64,000 nt of DNA from the NCBI GenBank assembly GCA_964016885.1, contig OZ024742.1:125240001-125304000 (forward strand), read 5' to 3'. The notes beneath the pieces were generated by a model, which worked only from the letters and a program-made list of their open reading frames with translations, was not told the origin of the DNA and made no database searches. Both the position numbers and the translations under genes were made by a program. This DNA comes from Eledone cirrhosa (Eukaryota). Positions 12,670 to 24,867 of this stretch are shown here, in pieces; the first letter of the stretch is position 1; every line of letters begins with the position of its first letter.

Positions 12670-12859
12670 GGCCGTGAATTAACAGTATCGGTAGAGGGTT
12701 GGGCGCCATGCTTTCTAGAATAGTTACGTCCCTTTACGGTCTGTGTTCAAATGCCGTCGAGGTTAACTTTGCCTTTCATCCTTACGGGGTCGATAAAATA
12801 AAGTACCAGTAATGTACTGAATAATTGCTGGCTTTGTGCCAACATTTGAAACAATTATT
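12670..12859 (+). mobile_element. Nin/Deu-domain SINE with target-site duplication
   Basis: Head, GTTCAAATGCC box, core and tail; identical 20-bp direct repeat ATTATTTTTAAGCAAACGGC at 12653-12672 and 12854-12873. Confidence 0.88.
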
Positions 12860-14056
12860 TTTAAGCAAACGGCGTGACAAACGTTAAATGTATCTTCCAT
12901 AACGAGCATGTCTTGATCATATTTTCTGATTAACCTCTTCGAGGAAGGTAAATATAAGGTTCCATTTGCAACATTATACTTTGACATTGGTCATTACTAT
13001 GTTTACTTTAGTTGTTACCTTTCCTTGGGAACATTTATTTCACGCATAGATGCGTGCATATTCATATATATATATATGTGTGTATGTGTGTGTGTGTATG
13101 TGTGTGTGTGTGTGTGTTTAGAATCCCGTTGTAACTCGCGAGACGACTACCATTATAAAAGATCCTCAATACAGAAGTCGAGTAAAGATATATTCATTTT
13201 ATCGTAGAAATGACTTCAACAGGGTCTAAAAATCACCAGGAAAACCTGAGGTATCTTTACGAATGGAATGAAATAACAGTTCTATTCTTGTAGAGGTCAT
13301 TTCCATAATAAAATGACTATATACAATCAGTGAGTAACTCCACGATAGTAAAACTATCAGATATTTTTATCATTAGAAATTCAGCAATTTAGTATTGGTT
13401 TCACCTTTTAAAATAATATATAATAATTCCGTTAAAGTGTAGGACATCAGATGAAATAGTTATCTAACATGAAGCGAATTCAGTTTGAAGTTTAAACTAA
13501 GCAAGAGGAAAATCAATATATTATGATGTCACCTTCGATTTGACAGTATTAACAATGAAGATATAATAAATAAAACAACTGAAACTACATTTAAAGACAA
13601 AAACACACACAACAGGAAATATGGAAGATTCCAGAAAAAGAAATGTGTCAGAAATTTACATAGAACGTTTGTATTCATAGTTAATCTTTTGAAATCTCTG
13701 ATTTTATAAATAACATGATAGTTATTTAGTAAGAAACTAATTAGCTACAATGTCTTTGAACTATTTCATTATCAATTAATGTCCGACTTTAATTCCGTGA
13801 GACAGTTTATCATGTGATATTATTTTAGATTGTATTAATCACCATTTCCTTTATTGCCACTCGAAAGTTCCATTATATGATTGACTAATTACATAGAAGA
13901 AGACAACACGTAATAAATATAAAGGTATTTATTTGATCATTAAATTATTAAGCCAGGATTTCTAAAATGGTATATTATTATTTATTAAACATAAAGCGAA
14001 TATTGCAAAGATAGGATATAAACAACTAACGTTTCATCTGGTGCTTGTTTCGCATC

Positions 14057-14305
<249 letters not shown>

Positions 14306-14435
14306 AGGGTGGATGAAACCTAGAACAACCATTTAAAGACTAGATAGCATAGTTATGTATTCACTAAATGAAATAATATCTAATTATGGAAGAGTAATTC
14401 TCCAACTATTAGCTTCACCTTTGGTCCACCCTGTA

Positions 14436-14996
14436 CGAATGGTCAGCTGAAAAGTTCATAGGCTGACCAAGATACTCTCATGGAATTTGACTAAATGAGA
14501 TTTATTTTTCAACATAGTCACTTCTTGCTGACTAGGCACTTCTTCCATGGGAGCTTCAGTGCTTGGATCCAGTAGGTGAAAAAGCCTTCATACAGTTGGT
14601 AATAAAAGTCATCAACAACAGGTATGACGTCATCAGCACTGCAATACTGGTTTCCATGCAGGTGTTTTTTGATGATGGAGAACAGGTGATAGTCAGATGG
14701 AGCCAAATCGCGAGAACTAGAGCGGCTGATCAACCACACCAAAACCACTGTAATGCACAGAAGCCATTGAAATGTATGACCTGTGTGTTTGAGCATTGCC
14801 CTGATGAAATAAGTACGCTTTCGTAAGTTTTCCTGGATATTTCGTCCTGATAGACTTTCGTAACGGTCTCAGTAAATTGGCAAGAAACAACGCAGTCATT
14901 AGTAAGGGCAGTTGAAATTATTGCATGCAAGATTTCACACACGACCCTAGTATCACTACTTTATAGTCAGCCTATGAACAATTCAGCCAACATTCG
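14436..14996 (-). mobile_element. Mariner DNA transposon, internally deleted non-autonomous copy with both TIRs
   Basis: TIRs CGAATGGTCAGCTGAAAAGTTCATAGGCTGAC and GTCAGCCTATGAACAATTCAGCCAACATTCG flanked by TA. Minus-strand transposase remnants ANLLRPLRKSIRTKYPGKL..LFHQGNA and DLAPSDYHLF..KKHLHG..WKKC. Confidence 0.88.
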
Positions 14997-15022
14997 TATA
15001 TATATATATATATAAAATTGAG

Positions 15023-15788
15023 AGAGAAAAAATCCGTTGTTTACCTAGCTGCTATTTTTAGTGGGGTGATAGACAACATGTTTATGTTTACTCCCGCTTC
15101 TACTAAGGGCTAGTTCATGTGTAGGTCAAGTTTACAGCCTCATTCGATTCTGCACTAGGTAGCTGAAGGCAATATATTTTGCCTTTCGTGGGACTTTACG
15201 TCCTATGTAAGGGAAAATGCTTTCTGAAGAGTCGAACATTTCCATTGGAAGTTCCTCGGATTTCCAATCTTTTGTGAGGTAAAACCGTCGGTTAAAGCAA
15301 AAAGAATAGGTAAATATTTAAATTATATTTTTTGGATTTATTTTGAAAAATTGTTTGAATTTTACTTGTTCCGCTTATCTCAATTTTATAGATCTGGTAT
15401 GTCAAATTAATACCATAGAACAACAACCGTATCATAGACACCCTATATATTTCCAAGCGTACTTAGTACCTGTGGTAATATCGATCTCCTTTTTATATAT
15501 TAACTCCTATGTGTAGAGAAAAAATCCGTTGTTTACCTAGCTGCTATTTTTAGTGGCGTGATAGACAACAAATCTATGTTTACTCCCGCTTCTACTAAGG
15601 GTTAGTTCATGTGTAGGTTATGTTTACGGCCTCATTCTATTCTGCACTAGCTAGCTGAAGGCAATATATTTTCCGTCCTATGTAAGGGAAAATGCTTTCT
15701 GAAGAGCCGAACATTTCCATTGGAAGTCCCTCAGATTTCCAATCTTTTGTGAGGTGAAACCGTCGGTAAAAGCAAAAAGAATGGGTAA
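15023..15788 (+). mobile_element. Direct repeat (~290 bp x2, ~200 bp spacer) with a hammerhead in each copy; retrozyme-like or tandem PLE pseudo-LTR
   Basis: 15023-15313 and 15515-15788 are near-identical (the first carries a ~17-bp extra segment); no ORF. Confidence 0.7.
15693..15774 (+). ncRNA. Type I hammerhead ribozyme (core intact)
   Basis: TGCTTT-CTGAAGA-GCC..[hairpin ATTGGAAGTC/GATTTCCAAT]..GGT-GAAA-CC GTC GG-TA|AAAGCA; predicted cleavage after GUA at 15768. The sister copy at 15218-15299 has GAAA changed to AAAA. Confidence 0.7.
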
Positions 15789-16879
15789 TGGCTTCTATAG
15801 CACTATAACAGTTTCATTCAGAAGAAATCATCATGAAAGCTGACTGTCCCTGTAAAACTATTGCGTTTCTACGTTTTCTGATGATTGGGGAAATGGTGAC
15901 GTTGGGGATGAGTGGGTGTCATTGGCCAAAGGATTTTAAAGGACAGCGATTCGTTGAAAAATCTATTTTTAGATTTATATATATATATACACACAATCAA
16001 ACAAGGACAAAGATAAAATTCAAGGATCACATTCACACTCATGTACACATACTCACATACACACGAACACCCACACTAAAGAAGAATATAACTCAGTGTG
16101 TTTGGAAATCAGAATGCAAACATGTGTAACAGAACTACTAAAAGGTATTTTAGTCAAATTGTATTTACGCAATTTATGCAATTACTAACCTCCTAGTTAA
16201 TGTTGCACTTCAGAAAAAATGTTCATTTATCTGAGAAAGTGACGAGTTAATCATATATTCCATCGCTTGTTGTATTTATTTATGTACCACATATAGTCTT
16301 GCTCAGTCTAGAAAATACTCAAATGCATATTCGCTCTTTATTCTTATTTATAAATTATTACCTGCCATATTTTAACTTTCCGTTTTCAGTTAAATCATGA
16401 TTCGAAATAAAGCCTCAATGGTTCTATGAATCATCTCTTGAAAACATCGCTTTCACACACAGAGACACAGTCACATACACACTCACGTTAACTATAGTTA
16501 GTTACAACAGTGACATTATTCACAGGTACTTAAAACTCATTGGGTATAACACCCAATTCATTCAGCCTCTGATATAAATGCAAATGGCTAATTCCACACA
16601 GGTTATTTTGGCGTTTTTAGAAAATACTGAAGAGATCTTCAAGGGCAGGTAATCACGAATGTAACTATAAATAGACGAATATTTTAGATAATATAAAGGG
16701 AGTAACTATAAAAAAATACAAAGGAGGCAACATATATTTTGCAAAGAGAGTAATTCAAATAAATTAAATCCAGTTAATCTGGTCTATACCATTTTCTCAA
16801 AATGCATTCTGCTTCGTATGGACAGCGACAAAAGCAATGGAGGTTGGTATTGAAGCAGTGTTAATCTGAACCCACTTGC

Positions 16880-17575
16880 GATAGACTATTCCACATTTCT
16901 GGGTTACATAGCTGGCAGTATTTCGACCACTAACTTAGGGTGGATTTTTCGAATAAACTCAATTTAATGTAAAATGCTTTGTCATTATTTATAATTTCGC
17001 ACACGGTTCGCGAGCTGGGTGGTATGTTGTTTTGTCAGGATACCATGTTATTTCGTGTGTACAGGTACCGGCTTTTGAACCCGTTCTCAGACATTCCAAC
17101 ATAAAACCAGGCTTCAGTGTATAGTTCTGGTTGGTGGAGGTCCCTTCTGCTTGATATATCGCCGTTGGAGTGTTGCACTGTTGATCTAGTGGACATGTCT
17201 CTGGTTTTCTCCATGAGCATCAGTAAGATGGAAGACTTTTGCGTTTGACGGTGATGTGGGATTTTATGTTACTGGTACATGAGTGGCCTATGTTCACTGT
17301 ATGGTGATTGAATATGTGTTGGTATTTTAGGTCTACAGGGAAGGGAATATCTTGAAGGGCTAGGAATTTTGTTATTTACTTTGATCTTCATATTAAGTGC
17401 AAATGGTGGCGATAACCGCACAACGTCTTTATGTCTAACTTTTTCTTTCTAGATGTAGGGTGTTGATCGGGGGAGTAAGTGTTTCTTTCGGCTGCTGCTT
17501 AGAGCTGGGTTGTAGTAGGATACTGCTCTATCAAAGATAGCTTTGCTACAAGAGAGGTTAGCTACCCTGTGCAAA
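16880..17575 (-). mobile_element. Penelope-like element (Naiad-like), heavily decayed 3' fragment
   Basis: Minus-strand remnants RVANLSCSKAIFDRAVSYYNPAL, VVRLSPPFALNMK and GIY-YIG-type FYVGMSENGFKSRY. Confidence 0.7.
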
Positions 17576-19010
17576 ATATACGCAGTGCTTTGGGGGGGGG
17601 GGGAGTTTTATATGCTCGATAATGAAGAGATATTGTTCTAGTTAAACCATGAAATGAAATCGAGAGAGAGAGAAAGAGAGAGAGAAGGGGAACAGACAGC
17701 GTCTTTTAATTCAGACAGTCATTTTAATACGGCGATACATTGATTCGAAAACAAAGTTTTGTGGCACCCTAAGTAAGCTACTATAATATCCCGTCACCAG
17801 TGAGATTTCTAAATTTTTGCAGAGTTGTCAGATTTTGAATAGACTTCTTCAACCAATTATAACTTCGTAAACATTTCTTTGTTATAATTAATTTAGTGAC
17901 GAACTATAAATTAGCAAGACTAAAGTATTGTCCTTCTCTAAGTAGCCAAATCACCAATAATATCTGATGATTCTGTACTTCATATTCAGACTGAGAAAGT
18001 ATCTATGTAGTTCATCGAATCTCACATCACACCCTGTCGTCTTAAAGAAACACAAATGAAACATTAAATGATATAGTAGCAGATGATATTAATTGTACAA
18101 CTAGAAGTGGTATGGAGAGAAAATATCGATTGAATACCTTTGAGCTCGAGATAAGCAACAGAACCATCGAAAACAATAGCAAGATTAACAAAAGCAACAA
18201 CCAAATATACATCAGTTTTTATTGTGCTTCAGTTTGATATGACAGTAAACTTTCATGAAATGTTTAGGAAGATGGAAGTTAGCATTAAATAGTAGCTACA
18301 TGTTTTTTGTAAAAGAAATACCACAGTATCAACCAGAAAATAAAACCCACAAAGATTTTGTTTTATACATTGCATTAAGTCGATTTGGCTAGTTGCTTTT
18401 ACATGAAATATTTTGTTAAAGCTCCCCTTACAAACCAAACAGTTGTTGCTTCGTAAAATATTTTGGTAAAGGTTCTGCGTTGAAATAGGTTTATAACGAT
18501 ATTAAACAAATTTAATTATAGTTTTCAACTAGAACAAATAAAACTACATTTGCTAGAGGGTGGGGGGGAGTTATGCTAACAATGTCAAACATGTAATTAA
18601 TGATGCAGTCACGGCACCAAAGGTAAATATTTATTCACCAGTTTATTATTGATGGCAATGACGGAGAGAAATATGTTTTCGTTTAATACAAATAAGTTTA
18701 TGTGCATAAATTATAATTCGAAAAGAAATGAATGCAATTTCTATTATGTTGACGCAAATAACAAGAAAGTTTTAAACAGAGAATAGTATTGTTTATCAAA
18801 CAATTATTTGATTGAAAACATCCACTTATAGAAATTCCTTACATAATTGTTTGAAATATGTATTTCAGAATGTCGTAAATCATAGAGGTGAAATTAATGG
18901 CCCTATATGGATAATCGCTCTCTTCGTTATGAATTAAGAAATCATTAGTAATAATACATATCAAAGGAATTCTCCATATTCCCAAAATATCAAGTAACCG
19001 TAAGCATAAT

Positions 19011-19188
19011 TGTTTCTACTTTTGGCACAAGGTCAGCAATTATCCCAGTGCATTACTGGTACTTTATTTTATCGACCCCGTAAGGCAAAGTTAACCTCGG
19101 CGGGATTTGAACTCAGAATGGCAAGGGCCGTAACTCTATGCGTCAAAGCATGGTGTCAGACCCCCTACCGATACTGCCAATCCACCGC
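19011..19188 (-). mobile_element. Nin/Deu-domain SINE
   Basis: Full head (GCGGTGGATTGGCAGTATCGG), GAGTTCAAATCCC, core with small deletion, tail. Confidence 0.88.
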
Positions 19189-19347
19189 AATAATGAAAGA
19201 GAACCTCTTGCGACTATTTTCAGTTTTCTCCTACATTGTTAGTCAGCATGTTACATTCTTCATAGGTAAGTTTGCTTAGTACTATACAGTAATAAGATGA
19301 TTCGCTTGCTATCCATTGTAAATCATTTTTGTTAACATTAAATCATC

Positions 19348-19519
19348 GGTGGTTTGGCAGTATCGGTAGAGCGTCAGACACTATGCTTTGCAGCATAGAG
19401 TTATGGCCCTTTGTGTTCTGAGTTCAAATCCGGCGAGGTTCACTTTGCTTTTCATCGATAAAATAAAGTACCAGTGGTGCACTGGGGTAATCGCTGGACT
19501 TGTGCCAAAAGTAGAAAAT
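19348..19519 (+). mobile_element. Nin/Deu-domain SINE with 11-bp TSD
   Basis: GGTGGTTTGGCAGTATCGGTAGAG..GAGTTCAAATCC..; ATTAAATCATC repeated at 19337-19347 and 19520-19530. Confidence 0.88.
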
Positions 19520-20455
19520 ATTAAATCATCAGATCGTATGTATACGAGATAGTCTCAATGTAGAAACTACAATTCCTGAAAATGGCAGCAATATCCTCTC
19601 TAAAATATTTATTACAAGTGTAAAAGTCGAGTGAGATAATAGTGCTGGACTAAATACTTAATGTCCGAGAAATTAAGTAAAGCTTGATATCTGAAATATC
19701 GTTAAATATGTGTGAGTCAGTTCGGGACGTAATGAACCCGATGAGTAAAAAACTAGGTTTTTTTCTCGCCTGCCTAAGGTTTTTCAGTTTTGGTTAATAT
19801 CACCATATTGGTTGACATGTTTCATATCACTGACAACTTTAAAACAGAAAAGCACTGTACTATTCCAATAGTACCTTGTGCAAATGTTATATTTCAATCA
19901 TATGAATTACAGTTAAGAATTGGAAATTAATAACAGGAATACTAAAGCATCACGTCTGGCTGAACGATCTATGAAAAATAAATCGCGAAATCTTTCATCA
20001 GATTTCGAGATTCAACGCAAATTCGCCTTATTCTTTTATATATTTCTAGTAGAAAACAAACCAATATAACAAGAATAATTTACACTCGTCATCAATAATA
20101 TAGTTTTAGAATCCATGTAAAATAATGCATGAAATACTTTTCAAAGAATATCATCAGTGTTACTGGCCTGGTGAAGCTTCAATTATAGACCCGGAAACGA
20201 TAAAGAGCATATGATTTGTAAACTACGACAGTGAAAATTCTAAGTGTGGTACGACCTCCCTAAAATCTGCTCAAAGGACCCGCACATTGATTGTTAGACG
20301 TTTCAAGAACATGGATTATTGATGTTTCGTTGTTCATACCAACTTCCTGTGTTGCTCAAACATATGTCTTTGATATGTTACAATTTCTGCTTCAAAGAAA
20401 GAAAATGAGTTATGGAGATGGAGAGATGGTCGATACATTTCTTTACATGTATTAT

Positions 20456-20890
20456 GTGGTGGTAAATTGGCAGTGTCAAACGAGCGCTAGATAAGATCGT
20501 TTACAGTATTTGTTCTATCTACTTGTGCACTGAGTTCAAATAACACAAAATTCAACTTTGTGTTACATCCTTCGGGGTCGATAGAATAATTGAATCCGAT
20601 CCATGGCCTTCTCACTCATATTTAGAGGAACTCCTACCTCGTTGAACTCCACCACTTTCTGTTTTGTTTTGGTCATTTCAGGTGTGTAGCCGTATTCCCC
20701 ACGCTTGACATATTACGGTTTAGTCACCGACTACTTGATCATGAAAATGATTGTACTGGGTTACATGGTACTAGTAGCAGGCAGAAGCCTTACCTGACGA
20801 TAGAATAAGGTCATTTCTAAATATTGGGGTCAATATAATCGGCATTTCCCTTTCCTCAAGTTGCTGGCATTGTGTCTATCTTAGAAATAA
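20456..20890 (+). mobile_element. Older diverged SINE copy split by a ~230-bp insertion
   Basis: Head/B box/core at 20456-20589 (GAGTTCAAAT..CATCCTTCGGGGTCGATA); tail-like TTGCTGGCATTGTGTCTATCTTAGAAATAAT resumes at ~20822-20890. Confidence 0.6.
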
Positions 20891-21525
20891 TTTGAAATGA
20901 ATATGAGGATATGTTCTCCTCACCATTTACTTCTCTCGGAGATGCTCTGCTAGAGAACGTTTGGCAGGTCACCTTATATAATGGTGAGTTGCGATATACC
21001 GAGCTCCTGTCAGATGAATACGTAACACCGTACACTAGGGAATATGGAGCAATAGGGGATGTAGTTAGCTCCTAAGAAAACACACAGCCCAAGGATGTAC
21101 TACGAAGGGCGTGGAAAAGCCGCCTCAAAAAACCTAGTTTGGCGGTTCTGAGAAAAAGTATCAAATTGGTTACTAACGCTATCGATCGCACTAACGGGCA
21201 GACCACTTAGTATCTATTCATTAATTGATTACTTAATGTTTGTGAATTACACCTGAAAGCACCGTCATATGTCTTGTGTCATGATCTGATGGCGTAAGCC
21301 GTCTGACCATAGAAATAGGTATTGTGAGTTTTGTAACATTAAAGGATTATTTGGAATCCGATCTTCGTTTTTCATTGAAATATGTAACTCCGTTCATGCA
21401 CAAACCAAGAGATATCAGATCTACGATAAATGATATGCACAGTTTTGAGTGCTTTTGAAGCTGCCTCACGGCCTGCTGATCTGAATGACTAGAACTGTCC
21501 ATTAGTTATACCATCTAACATAAAT

Positions 21526-21576
<51 letters not shown>

Positions 21577-21581
21577 ATAAT

Positions 21582-21766
21582 TGTTTCTACGTTAGGCACA
21601 AGGCCAGCAATTACTCAGTACATTACTGGTACTTTTTTTATCGACCCCGTAAGGATGAAAGGCAAAGTTAACCTCGGCGGGATTTGAACTCAGATAGTAA
21701 AGGGACGTAACTCTATGCTTCAAAGCATGGTGTCCGACTCTCTACCGATACTGCCATTCCACCGCC
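21582..21766 (-). mobile_element. Nin/Deu-domain SINE, full length
   Basis: Complete head, B box, core and tail, lying between (TA)n/(AAT)n and (AAT)n. Confidence 0.9.
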
Positions 21767-21768
21767 CT

Positions 21769-21824
<56 letters not shown>

Positions 21825-21825
<1 letters not shown>

Positions 21826-24415
21826 TGCTAAATCAATACCACCCAAGGAGGAAGTGCAAGAATTCTGGGAAAAGATCTGGGCCGAAGAAAAAGTTCATAA
21901 CATACATGCCCCATGGATAGACAGACAAATGAAAGATACAGCTCACCTTGAGGAACAAATATGGGAAAATATAACAGTTGAACAGCTGCGCTTGGCTCTA
22001 AGAAAAACCAGCAAATGGAAATCCCCAGGAAAAGACAAAATAAATTTTTTTTGGATAAATGCCTTCACAGAGTCTCATGAGCTGTTAGCCCAACTTTACG
22101 ATGAAATAGTTAAGGAGCCAGAAAAGATACCAGCATGGCTAGTTAACGGCACTACATTCCTGCTTCCGAAGAATGATGAGACAAACAATCCCAAAAATTA
22201 CAGACCGATAACTTACTTGACCACAATGTATAAAATGTTAACATCAGTCCTAACGGAATACACATATGACCACCTGATAACAAATGACCTATTTCCCATT
22301 GAGCAGAAAGGGTGTAAACGAGGCTCATATGGCTGTAAGGATTAGCTTTTGGTTAACAAAATGATACTGGAAGATTGTCATAATAGACACAAAAATCTAT
22401 CGATTGCTTGGATAGATTATAAAAAAGCATTCGATAGTTTGCCACACAGTTGGATTGAAAAATGCTTAGAGATTTTGAAAATATCCCCCGTTGTCAGGAG
22501 GTTTTTGTCATTCAGTATGAAGACATGGAAAACGACACTCCTTTTGAATAGTGAAACAAAATCACTGGAAGCTGGAGAAGTTAATATTAATTGTGGAATT
22601 TTTCAGGGTGACTCTTTCTCACCGTTTTTATTCTGCATCGCACTTATACCATTAAGTAAAATGCTCAATGAAACAAAACATGGATATAAAGTCTATGACA
22701 AAACCATTAATCACTTGTTCTACATGGAAGACCTGAAACTATTTGCAAAAAAATGATGAACAATTGCAAGGGCTATTATCCACTGTGGAGCAGTTCAGTG
22801 ATGACATTAAAATGGAGTTTGGATTAGATAAATGCGCCAAAGCAACGTTCACCAGAGGAAACCTGCTGAAGAGTTCAGACATTAATCTTGATCGGGGGAA
22901 CGTGATAAGAGAACTTGATCAAGAAAAAACTTACAAATATCTAGGTGTTTGTGAAGGAGACGGAATCAAGCACTCGACAATGAGGGAAAGGATAAGGAAG
23001 GAATGTTCCCGCAGACTAAGAGCAATCTTAAGAACGGAATTGAATGCAAGGAATAGGATCGATGCCATAAATACGCTTGCCATACCATTAGTAACCTACA
23101 GTTACAATGCCATCAACTGGTCAAGCACAGAGATCCGTAGGCTCGATACAAAAATTCGAAAATTCTTAACCATGCACAGAATGCATCACCCTAAAGCAGA
23201 TATAGATAGAATATATCTCCCAAGGAAAGAAGGGGGACGTGGGTTAATCCAGTTAGACATTGCGTTGAAAACTGCAACAATTGGATTATCTACATATCTA
23301 AGGGAATCACATGATTGGATTATCAAACTCGTTTTGAAACACGAAAGCATCAAAAGATCATATTCCATTACAAAAGATGCACAAAGATACAGTAATGGAC
23401 TACAAATTTCAGAAGTCCCATTTACTGCTGAAATGGAAAACACAGAAAAAGCAAAGCAGGTAAAAGTAACTGTAAAGAAAGAACTGCTGCAGAAACTGGC
23501 TAAGAAATGGCAAGAAAAGCCTCTGTATGGAAAATACCCAGAGCGAGCTAACAATCCTGATGTTGACAAAACTTTAACCCATCAGTGGTTGGCATCCTCC
23601 CGACTGAAATCGGAGACTGAAGGACTGATTATATCAGCACAAGATCAGTGTCTGCCAACAAAAATTTACCAAGCCAACATAATAAAAAATGGATGCAGCC
23701 CATTATGCCGTGTATGCAAAAAACAACCAGAATCCATTGACCATATAATTTCAATGTGCAGTCCTATATCTCCAACCGAATACCTAAACAGGCATGACAG
23801 AGCTGCACAATACATATATTGGATAATGTGTAAGCATTTTGACCTGCCCCATCAAAAGAATTGGTTTGAGCATCAACCGCCTCCCATACTTGAAAAAGAT
23901 CACATCTCAATCTTGTGGAACTTTAGCATCCAAACAGACCAAAAAATAGATGCAAATAGACCTGATATAATATTGAAGCCCTTTAAAAAGAGGGTATGCC
24001 TGGTAATTGATATGTCTGTTCCAATAGACAAGAATGTATCTATAAAAAACATTTGAAAAATTGAGCAAGTATAAGGACCTGGAGATAGAAATTGAAAAAT
24101 GTGGAAATTGAGAACTAAAACAATACAAGTGGTTGTAGGCGCTCTGGGAATGATACCTAAGGGGTCTAATGATTACTTATCGCAAATCCCAGGAAACTCG
24201 CGTATAGGAGAAATACAAAAGATAGTACTAATGGGAACTGCCCATATACTAAGGAAGATTATGTCAATATAATTACATCACAAGTCTAAACACTAAAGAT
24301 GCATGTGTGAGTATGTATGTTCTTTCTTGAACATGGCGGACCTTGTTATCTCTTGAGGTCACTGGTTGTGACTTGGTGATAACTCGTATGAACATAAAGC
24401 AAGATAAATTCAACT

Positions 24416-24417
<2 letters not shown>
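21825..24417 (+). mobile_element. R4/Dong-type RLE non-LTR retrotransposon, 5'-truncated and inactivated (RT + zinc knuckle + RLE)
   Basis: WKSPGKD, NYRPIT, EQKGC, AWIDYKKAFDSLPHSW, GIFQGDSFSP, HLFYMEDLKL (YxDD altered), CRVC..H..C, RHD, RPDI..IDMSVP, LMGTAHILRKIMSI* (stop 24270-24272). Stop at 22343, frameshifts near 22750 and 24050. Flanked by (AAT)n on both sides. Confidence 0.93.
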
Positions 24418-24449
<32 letters not shown>

Positions 24450-24450
<1 letters not shown>

Positions 24451-24699
24451 TTGGAACTGCCATGAACTCAAAGTGGTCCCAATTGTCATAGGCGCACTAG
24501 GTACTATCTCAAAAAGCTTCCAGGGATGGTGAAAGAAAATTGGCCCCTTCACGCTTTTGGGAACGCTTCAAAAGGCATGCTTGCTGGGAACAGCAAGAAC
24601 CCTCCGATACGTCCTGAATACCAGAGGCTGCAGGTAGTGGCTTGAGATTCATTTCAACAAACTTTCCAGTTAACTAACATCAATGACTGAGACTCAAAG
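24450..24699 (+). mobile_element. Second R4/Dong 3' fragment (same family as 776-1670)
   Basis: Near-identical to 1424-1670 (WNCHE..VPIVIGALG..LQKACLLGTARTLRYVLN plus 3' UTR); (AAT)n on both sides. Confidence 0.9.
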
Positions 24700-24745
24700 A
24701 ATAATAATAATAATAATAATATGTGGAGAAGGAGCACACGAGGTA

Positions 24746-24867
<122 letters not shown>

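Noticed and set aside
15878-15900. CTGATGATTGGGGAAA as a third hammerhead near the direct repeat
   Set aside because: Too little sequence for stem II and no closing stems.
17964-18000. CTGATGA..GAAA as a hammerhead
   Set aside because: No convincing stem II, stem III/NUH or stem I pairing.
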